From positions 1 through 64,000 of the IMG/VR virus record IMGVR_UViG_3300020154_000003: DNA of 64,000 bases. The stretch is one strand, 5' to 3'. Under the pieces are notes generated by a model. The model worked only from the letters and a program-made list of their open reading frames with translations. It was not told the origin of the DNA and did not search any database. Numbering within the stretch: position 1 is the first letter of the stretch; each line of letters opens with the position of its first letter. Below, piece by piece: positions 57,147 to 64,000 of the stretch. The position numbers and the translations under genes were made by a program.

Positions 57147-57830
57147 ATGTCACATTATCATTCTGCACGTATCGGTAGAAGCAACAGTACCTACAATAGC
57201 GAATTCATGACCAAAGTTTATGGTTGGATGACGTTCGCTTTGTTTATCACGGGCTTCGTTTCAATTTTTGTGTCAGCAACACCCGTGATCATGAATACTC
57301 TCATTGAGAATACATGGTTATTTTATGGTCTCTTGATTGGAGAAATTATTCTTGTAATTTATCTTGCTGCCAGCATTGATGATCTTTCATATGAAAGTGC
57401 ATTCATGCTATTTTTCATATACTCAGCATTGAATGGTGTTACGTTATCGATAGTTTTTCTGATCTATACTGCAGAATCAGTTGCAACGACTTTCTTCATT
57501 ACGGGAGGGACGTTCGGGGCAATGTCGCTATGGGGTTTGACCACAAAACAAGATTTAAGTTCGTGGGGTAATATTCTATTTATGGGTCTGATAGGACTGA
57601 TAATTGCTGGTGTGGCAAACGTCTTTATTGGTAGCGAAACCTTTCAATATGTAATCTCATTCATTGGTGTAATCGTGTTCGTAGCTTTGACTGCATATGA
57701 TACCCAAAAGATAAAAAATCTAAGTCATAATGGAGATTCTAAAGACGCTCTAATGGGTGCGCTGACATTGTACTTGGACTTCATCAATTTATTCCTTTAT
57801 TTGTTGAGGTTTTTAGGAAATAAAAAATAA
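57147..57830 (+). CDS. Bax inhibitor-1 / YccA family membrane protein
   Basis: Seven hydrophobic segments, FMTKVYGWM, TAYDTQKIK, ALTLYLDFINLF. Confidence 0.92.
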   Translation: MSHYHSARIGRSNSTYNSEFMTKVYGWMTFALFITGFVSIFVSATPVIMNTLIENTWLFYGLLIGEIILVIYLAASIDDLSYESAFMLFFIYSALNGVTLSIVFLIYTAESVATTFFITGGTFGAMSLWGLTTKQDLSSWGNILFMGLIGLIIAGVANVFIGSETFQYVISFIGVIVFVALTAYDTQKIKNLSHNGDSKDALMGALTLYLDFINLFLYLLRFLGNKK

Positions 57831-58234
57831 TGGAATTAGAATTCTTTAAGAATATGGACAACCCGATACTGGAACTGTACGCAGTCAGAAACAAAGAAGG
57901 TAAATACTTCCGTTCAAAAGGATATGGAGGTTACGGACAAACATGGGTAGATGATCTCAAGTCTGCAAAAATATATGCAAAGCTTGGACAGGCGAGAGCG
58001 AGAGTGACGTGGTTTAGTTCCAACTATCCTGAGTATGGAATTCCAGATGTTTGTCTATTAACTGTAACCACGGTGACGGTACTGGATGAAACAAAACGTG
58101 TACAAAGGGCCATCAAAAATAAGGAGGCTGCGAAACAAAAAAGAGAAGTTAGACACAGAAAATGGCAACTTGAAAGAGCACAACGTGAGTTACAAGCTGC
58201 ACAAGAAAACTTGGAGAAATTAACTAAAGAATAA
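57830..58234 (+). CDS. Hypothetical phage protein
   Basis: 134 aa with a C-terminal coiled coil; TAATG coupling. Confidence 0.6.
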   Translation: MELEFFKNMDNPILELYAVRNKEGKYFRSKGYGGYGQTWVDDLKSAKIYAKLGQARARVTWFSSNYPEYGIPDVCLLTVTTVTVLDETKRVQRAIKNKEAAKQKREVRHRKWQLERAQRELQAAQENLEKLTKE

Positions 58235-58237
58235 ACT

Positions 58238-58612
58238 GTGGAATTCTTGTCTATAAAGATAGATGATGATCATAGCTTTGAATTTGCACACTTGAAAGAC
58301 CCATCCTTTTGGGCCAAGCAACAGGTGGTCAATAGCAGGTATCCTGAACTTATCAGTAGACCAATATTTCCTCATGACTATTACGTGTACACTCATTTCG
58401 AAGTAATTCCATACTACGAAAGTAACCTCTTCAAATTTTTACCTGACGAGACTAAAATGAGTGATGCGATCTTAGATAGAATCGCGGTTAAATTTTACGT
58501 TAAAGATAATTGTGTTGCTGAACGAACATTAAACATTGAATGGAAAGAAGGGTTTGAGTATCGGATTGTTTATGAAATTGAAAAAATACTATACAGGGAT
58601 TTGACACTATGA
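58238..58612 (+). CDS. Hypothetical protein
   Basis: 124-aa ORF with a GTG start. Confidence 0.5.
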   Translation: MEFLSIKIDDDHSFEFAHLKDPSFWAKQQVVNSRYPELISRPIFPHDYYVYTHFEVIPYYESNLFKFLPDETKMSDAILDRIAVKFYVKDNCVAERTLNIEWKEGFEYRIVYEIEKILYRDLTL

Positions 58613-59817
58613 GTTACCTTACCAAAAAATATACACAACAATTTGTGCAGGATAACAACCTGTTTCTGGCTAAGGTTATTATTGGCTCACATGCCTTTGG
58701 ACTGGAAACTCCAAAGTCTGACATCGATCTGTATGGTATTTACTACATGCAGAAGGATGACTTCTATTCACTTCATTATCGTACCGATGCATCCTACAAA
58801 GATGTTGTTGAGAAGCAGAGACCCGAAGATCAGGACATAACCTTCATGGAAATAGGTAAGTTCATGCAATTACTTGCCAATGGTAATCCAAATGCCCTTG
58901 AAATTCTTGCTTCCTTTAGCGAACCCAAAAATGTTGTTACTATTGATCCGCTCGTACAAGACATCGACATCAATAGAGTCTTAAGTAAGAAGTGTCACAA
59001 ATCCTTTGGTGAATACGCAGTAGCCCAAATTAAAAAGGCTCGTGGATTGAATAAAAAAATTGTCAATCCTGTGGCACCTGAACGCAAAACTCCCATTGAT
59101 TTCTGTTACATGATGGAAGAGGGCAGAACAAAGAAATTGAGAACATGGTTGGAAAAACACGGGTATGATCAAAAGTTTTGTGGTGCTGTAGCATTAACAA
59201 ATGCAAGAGATTCATATGGTCTTTATTATGATCGAGTATCGTTTGATTTGTTTGGTAACCCGAATTTGGCTGAATGGGATGTTGAAAATATGAAATCTCA
59301 TCGTAGGGAGAAAGGTTTGCCAATGGGTTATGGATTTAAAGGTATTGAACTGGAAAATTCTAATGAAATACGACTATCTTCTGTCCCCAAACTAGGCAGC
59401 ACCCCTGACGAAATCGAATATTTGGGCACTATTTCCTATAATAAAGACGGATATGTCAAACATTGTAAAGATTACAGGGAATATTGGGAATGGGTTGAAA
59501 AACGCAACCAGAACCGTTATGAGAACAATCTGAAGCAGAACTACGATACCAAGAACATATCACATTGTATAAGGCTTTTAAGTGTGGCTAGAGAGATCGG
59601 GGAAGGCAAGGGTCTAATCCTACATAGAACCCATGATCGTCAATTCCTGCTCGATATAAAGCTTGGAAATGTTGAATATGACGTGGCGATGGAATATGCT
59701 GAAAAGATTACAAATTCCTTGGATGAATTATATAATAATAGTACCTTGCCAGACGAACCAGATTTCCAATATCTGAACGATAAACTTATTGAAATTAGAC
59801 ACAATTTATACAAATGA
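58609..59817 (+). CDS. Pol-beta superfamily nucleotidyltransferase (RlaP/YcgL-like)
   Basis: GSHAFGL.T..SDIDLYG, GNPNALEIL, YDTKNISHCIRLL, FLLDIK.G, LPDEPD. Confidence 0.82.
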   Translation: MSYLTKKYTQQFVQDNNLFLAKVIIGSHAFGLETPKSDIDLYGIYYMQKDDFYSLHYRTDASYKDVVEKQRPEDQDITFMEIGKFMQLLANGNPNALEILASFSEPKNVVTIDPLVQDIDINRVLSKKCHKSFGEYAVAQIKKARGLNKKIVNPVAPERKTPIDFCYMMEEGRTKKLRTWLEKHGYDQKFCGAVALTNARDSYGLYYDRVSFDLFGNPNLAEWDVENMKSHRREKGLPMGYGFKGIELENSNEIRLSSVPKLGSTPDEIEYLGTISYNKDGYVKHCKDYREYWEWVEKRNQNRYENNLKQNYDTKNISHCIRLLSVAREIGEGKGLILHRTHDRQFLLDIKLGNVEYDVAMEYAEKITNSLDELYNNSTLPDEPDFQYLNDKLIEIRHNLYK

Positions 59818-60986
59818 AGCACATTTTACCTTACCAGATCAGCTATTATGAAATTCTGGTAAACCTTATAAACAACCCCGATAAAGAAATTACCTCACGA
59901 GTAGGCGATGTAAGAAGTAGATTTTCTGAAAAAATTAAGGTTGACCTGAAAAAGGAGTTTCCTTTGATGGACATAAAACAAACATCTTTTAAGAATATTG
60001 CCGTTGAACTTATTTGGTTCATCAATGGTGAAACCAACATCAAATATCTCGTGGATAACAAATGCTTCATCTGGAATGATGATGCCTTTCGTTGGTATAA
60101 TGAAAAGTATGTTCCGCTTGGTGCTCCTACAATTACAAAGGAAGAATTTATTGAAAAAGTTAAAGTAGGGGAAATATTCCGATATGATGACAAGTTCGAT
60201 CAAACTGGTTTGAAGTTATCACATTATACCTATGGTGATCTTGACATCGTTTATGGTCGCCAATGGAGAAGTTTCGGTGGTAAAGTTGATCAGTTGAAAG
60301 ATATGATCAATATGCTCAGGAAGAACCCCGATGATCGTAGGATGATTGTGTTGGGTCATAATCCCGCAGATATTAAAGATGGTAACGTAGGTCTTCCTGC
60401 ATGTCACAATTACATGCAAGTTTATACTCAACCCATCACGGTTAATAGGAGGGCTGAAATTGCTCTCGAAAGAGGTTTGCTTGAAGGCGAATTGAAAGAT
60501 TTAGTTGATGCCAACATCTTCTATAAGAAGGGATACGGTATTCAAATCTCAAAAGACACTCTTAAAGATATTGATGCTCGATTGGATGCACTCGGTATTG
60601 AAAAAAGATACCTCTCATGTTTCCTAAACATTCGAAGCAATGACTTCTTTTTGGGTAATCCATATAACGTTGCTTCTTACGCATTACTCACCAAGATGAT
60701 TGCACAATGCGTAGGTATGCTACCGAATATCCTTTCAATCGAAATGGTTGATTGTCATTTGTATACCCCACATTTGGAAGCTGCTCATGAATGGATTGCT
60801 CGATTTGAGGCAAAATTAGAAGAGAATAACAGTCACAATCCTGCACAGGTTGATAAGACATTCTTCTGTAAGTCTGAAGTTGAACTGAATCCAAGCATCA
60901 AAGAAATTGATGAGTTTATTCTATCTGATTTGAAAATTATAAATTATAGTCACTTAGGTAAAATTCAAGCACCTTTATTGACGTAA
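59814..60986 (+). CDS. thyA: Thymidylate synthase ThyA with two insertions
   Basis: ELIWFI.G, IWNDDA, VYG.QWR, DDRR, LPACH, RSND, GNPYNVASY, DCHLY.PH. Confidence 0.92.
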   Translation: MKHILPYQISYYEILVNLINNPDKEITSRVGDVRSRFSEKIKVDLKKEFPLMDIKQTSFKNIAVELIWFINGETNIKYLVDNKCFIWNDDAFRWYNEKYVPLGAPTITKEEFIEKVKVGEIFRYDDKFDQTGLKLSHYTYGDLDIVYGRQWRSFGGKVDQLKDMINMLRKNPDDRRMIVLGHNPADIKDGNVGLPACHNYMQVYTQPITVNRRAEIALERGLLEGELKDLVDANIFYKKGYGIQISKDTLKDIDARLDALGIEKRYLSCFLNIRSNDFFLGNPYNVASYALLTKMIAQCVGMLPNILSIEMVDCHLYTPHLEAAHEWIARFEAKLEENNSHNPAQVDKTFFCKSEVELNPSIKEIDEFILSDLKIINYSHLGKIQAPLLT

Positions 60987-61003
60987 AAAAATGAAAACTT
61001 ACA

Positions 61004-61330
61004 ATGTTAGAACTAATATTGGTTGGCGTAATTCTATGCTGCGTTGTATGTTTATATATCGTTAAAAGGAAAAAAGATAATGCTGAGGCAAAAATTGAAT
61101 CCTTATTAGGTGAAATTGAAACTTTAAAAAAGTTAATTCCATCTGATAAGGATTTACAATTTCTTGAATTTACTGTGGATATGTATATCAAGTATGCAAA
61201 GGACTTTGGTATCCATTCGGAAACACAACATGAAAAAATTGTTACAGAGTTGACCAGAGTTCGAGACCAGTACTTGATTAAGAGTTCTTCATCAATCCAA
61301 CAACATCCTCATGAACAGGAGTCGCAGTAA
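61004..61330 (+). CDS. Hypothetical membrane-anchored coiled-coil protein
   Basis: N-terminal hydrophobic helix followed by a basic cluster and heptads. Confidence 0.5.
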   Translation: MLELILVGVILCCVVCLYIVKRKKDNAEAKIESLLGEIETLKKLIPSDKDLQFLEFTVDMYIKYAKDFGIHSETQHEKIVTELTRVRDQYLIKSSSSIQQHPHEQESQ

Positions 61331-61817
61331 TTTTCTTCCAATAAGGTTTAAATCCACCACGGCTTCTGGCAGTAGTATCTGAAACATTGTCTGCTGACGT
61401 AATTTCGAAAAACCTTTCCTTTTCTCCAGAGAAGTTAAATGAAACGTAATTACCTGCATTCATGTCAACACCTTTTTCGGTTAATTCCTCAAGATAAATT
61501 CCAAAAACCATATCGCCAGAATCTTCTCGCGCAATACCATCTTCACCGAAGTATTTTCTTTCACCTTCTTCAACGTCAAGCATGACCGCTAACTCCACAA
61601 CTGGTAGGAATTTCTTATCTGCAGGCTTTGCTTCACCATAAAGATCGTCAACATTAGATTTAAGTACATCAACACGATAATATTTAACTCGGAAGGGAGA
61701 ATCAGTATTCAAATACTCACGACCATACATAACGTCAAGATTAAAACTGTTCTCACTCATGAACAATCCGTATCTTTGTTCTTCCAGATCAATATTTTGC
61801 TTTTTCTTTTTAGCCAT
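61278..61817 (-). CDS. Neck / head closure protein (T4 gp14-like)
   Basis: DDLYGE...F, E..KYFGE.G motifs; adjacent to the neck gene. Confidence 0.65.
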   Translation of the reverse strand: MAKKKKQNIDLEEQRYGLFMSENSFNLDVMYGREYLNTDSPFRVKYYRVDVLKSNVDDLYGEAKPADKKFLPVVELAVMLDVEEGERKYFGEDGIAREDSGDMVFGIYLEELTEKGVDMNAGNYVSFNFSGEKERFFEITSADNVSDTTARSRGGFKPYWKKITATPVHEDVVGLMKNS

Positions 61818-61818
61818 C

Positions 61819-62937
61819 TTATGCGGTCATAATAGGGAACATTGGAGGTTGGAAACCTCTCTCTTTATTTACGTTTGCAGCAATTTCTGCTCTATCTCTA
61901 GTCAATTGAACAAGCGACAATTTATTCAAGGATTCAGTGATCTTAAGAATGGTCTCATCTTTCAACTGCTTGCCTTCTTCCAATAAATGTCTGTAATCCA
62001 TCGTCAATTCCTTCTGCGTTGCACCAACTTCACCACTGTAAAAACCTCTAATTCCACCGATTGCCATTTTACATTTAGCAATAAATAAATCTCTAATCTG
62101 AACTTTGGCAACACTGTTTAATTTTTCCCATTTAATGATGTCGATGGGAGCATCGCTAGGAAGTTTCACAACATCATTATTGGCTTCCAAGCACTTATCT
62201 CTTCCGATATTGTTGGTATTGTAGTAAAAATACCAGACTTTGGTTCCTTCCATCGATTTACTGAAACCGTTGCTGATTTCATTTCTTTCTCCCGGAACAG
62301 GATACAAATACAACAGTTTGGTTCCATTAGGGCCACCTGTTACACGGTATGTTAATTCAGACTGAAGAATACGTCTTTTTGTGCCCCTATCCTGCGCTGA
62401 AAGCAACAATGAGTATGTGGGCTGTGCGTATTGGGCTGGTCTACCTAAATAACTCCATCCGAAGCTATTGGCGTTCCAATTCGACAATGCGAAAGGATCG
62501 ACCAAACCACTGTCTATTTGAGGCGGGGTAGTCCAGAGCACTTCGTTGATCTCTCTATTGGCTGGAATTATGTAAACTTGGGTGTTTGCTGAGATCGTGA
62601 CATAATCCCTATGGAGAACCCAAGAATCGCCAGATGGAGCGTTCATTCCAAGGCCAACCTGCTTAGAGTAGGCGTAGGTGAAACTCTCCATAAAGTCCGT
62701 AGATTTCGTTGTATAGGCTTCAAAGAAATTGGAGCCATCGACCTGTAAACCTTGCAGGGATACCCACTGCTGCTCTATGAGCCAGTTGTTTACGATCATG
62801 CTGTAGTCCTCAACCACCATTTCAAGATAGGAGTCAAGTTGTTCAGTTTTAAGTTCAAAGGGGCGCAATGGATACCCCAATTCGTGTTTAACTTGTTTGT
62901 ATAATTTTTCTTTATCTACCTTTGAAATCAGTGACAT
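61819..62937 (-). CDS. Neck protein (T4 gp13-like head-tail adaptor)
   Basis: LGYPLRPFEL..EQL, ELTMDY..LLEEG, C-terminal PP.FP; late motif at 62953-62960. Confidence 0.7.
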   Translation of the reverse strand: MSLISKVDKEKLYKQVKHELGYPLRPFELKTEQLDSYLEMVVEDYSMIVNNWLIEQQWVSLQGLQVDGSNFFEAYTTKSTDFMESFTYAYSKQVGLGMNAPSGDSWVLHRDYVTISANTQVYIIPANREINEVLWTTPPQIDSGLVDPFALSNWNANSFGWSYLGRPAQYAQPTYSLLLSAQDRGTKRRILQSELTYRVTGGPNGTKLLYLYPVPGERNEISNGFSKSMEGTKVWYFYYNTNNIGRDKCLEANNDVVKLPSDAPIDIIKWEKLNSVAKVQIRDLFIAKCKMAIGGIRGFYSGEVGATQKELTMDYRHLLEEGKQLKDETILKITESLNKLSLVQLTRDRAEIAANVNKERGFQPPMFPIMTA

Positions 62938-62969
62938 AATTCGTTATTTTACATAAATACTAAAAAAGT

Positions 62970-63446
62970 ATGTTTTCATTTGAATATAATATAACTACTA
63001 ATGAGCACGGAAGGCCGATAATTGACATTTCCGATAAAACTTTAAAGGAACTCGATTCTATCGAACATAAATTCATGGCATTAGAGATGAGTCGAACTAT
63101 TATAGAAACTTCTGTTATTGCCAATCAGAAAAAACCAGTACTCAGTGAGGAAGAGTTTAATGAGTTAAAATCAGTATTGTTTGGATTACGTAAGATTTCT
63201 GATATATTTGCGCTCACGATAAAAAATCAAAACGCACTCCTAAACACCGTTTGGGACAACTTCGATGTAGAAGTTAAGACAATGGATGATCTTTATAAGT
63301 TAAATTATAATGGGTTCTTCTATAAAGATAGAATCTTCTCCCGGAAGATAGGTCTGAGAGTCAGAGTTATTGAAAACGGAAACGTGTATGAATTGAAGGA
63401 TGGTATTGATAACCAACATTGGGTAGATGTCACAAAAAAAGAATAA
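62970..63446 (+). CDS. Hypothetical protein
   Basis: 158-aa ORF divergent from the neck genes. Confidence 0.55.
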   Translation: MFSFEYNITTNEHGRPIIDISDKTLKELDSIEHKFMALEMSRTIIETSVIANQKKPVLSEEEFNELKSVLFGLRKISDIFALTIKNQNALLNTVWDNFDVEVKTMDDLYKLNYNGFFYKDRIFSRKIGLRVRVIENGNVYELKDGIDNQHWVDVTKKE

Positions 63447-63452
63447 TCTTAA

Positions 63453-64000
63453 ATGAGCGAAGAATTAGCACAACCACAAATAACACATGATTACGATCCT
63501 AGATCAACGGAGGAACAAGTAACAATATACAATTGGGTAGAATATGGTGAAGGTAATTTAGTAATCAGAGCACGGGCTGGTGCTGGTAAAACAACAACAT
63601 TGGTTGAAATCGCAAAGCTATTACCTGCTGATGCTTCAACCACATTTTTAGCATTCAACGTTCACATTAAGGATGAACTTAAGACCAAGCTTCCAAAAAA
63701 CGTATTTTGCTACACCACACACGGCTTAGGATACTCCGCTATCAAGCGAAAATATAAGGATGCTGAGGTTGATAATTTTAAGGCTGATAAGGTCATTGGT
63801 AAGCAAGCTAAAAAGTGGAATCTCGATGGAATCGACAATAAGCTTGATTACATGACCAACATGAAAAAATTGGTCAGCTTAATTCGATTGTCATTAACTC
63901 ATGATAAAAAGTATGTCCCGGACATTTGTGAACGCCATGATATAAAATTTGATGGTGAAGACATTAATCGTGCATTTCAAGTACTGGAAGAAATGTATAA
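63453..64000 (+). CDS. UvrD/Rep-family (SF1) helicase, 5' part (runs off the window)
   Basis: Not in the ORF track; hand translation MSEELAQPQ...TEEQ...GNLVIRARAGAGKTTTL...LAFN...YTTHGLG. Confidence 0.85.
   Translation, partial: MSEELAQPQITHDYDPRSTEEQVTIYNWVEYGEGNLVIRARAGAGKTTTLVEIAKLLPADASTTFLAFNVHIKDELKTKLPKNVFCYTTHGLGYSAIKRKYKDAEVDNFKADKVIGKQAKKWNLDGIDNKLDYMTNMKKLVSLIRLSLTHDKKYVPDICERHDIKFDGEDINRAFQVLEEMY

Noticed and set aside
59814-60986. ThyA homologue as a dCMP hydroxymethylase feeding glycosylated DNA bases
   Set aside because: It retains the Asn in GNPYN typical of dUMP-specific ThyA; no modified-base pathway genes were recognised in the window.
1-64000. Stop-codon reassignment (code 15 or 4), seen in some large Bacteroidota phages
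   Set aside because: Standard-code ORFs tile the window densely with full-length recognisable proteins, and TAG and TGA both occur at plausible gene ends.

Overview
This 64 kb window is an AT-rich, densely coding piece of a large tailed phage genome with a contractile tail and T4-like gene content (jumbo/huge-phage type). I see no cellular housekeeping context. It holds a replication/recombination block (DnaB-type helicase, 5'-3' flap exonuclease, RecA/UvsX, gp32-like SSB) and most of the tail and neck module (sheath, tube, tape measure, tail chaperones, baseplate wedge/hub/spike, neck, tail completion, two fibres). It also holds a gp55-like sigma factor, PhoH, RNase HI, a ClpP-like protease, ThyA, a UvrD-like helicase and a plus-strand accessory cluster (PolX-like and pol-beta nucleotidyltransferases, a RelA/SpoT-type HD hydrolase, a BI-1/YccA membrane protein). 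The host is probably Bacteroidota, inferred from TTG-N19/20-TAnnTTTG-like promoters, an SPII lipoprotein with an acidic N-terminus and no obvious Shine-Dalgarno sites. The most striking candidate system is a 15-gene sugar-nucleotide and glycosyltransferase cluster (8818-18950) packed without gaps behind two baseplate genes, in what looks like one late transcription unit. Together with a second glycosyltransferase pair and a recurrent [S/T]-G-x-T motif in virion proteins, this suggests phage-encoded virion glycosylation. Other sequence-level finds are a recurrent putative late promoter GTATTTAT (the reverse complement of the T4 late element), a -1 frameshift site in the tail chaperone genes, a shared 23-aa N-terminal leader on two unrelated late proteins, and a structured non-coding region upstream of rnhA. 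All functional calls come from motif recognition by eye; no database searches were run.
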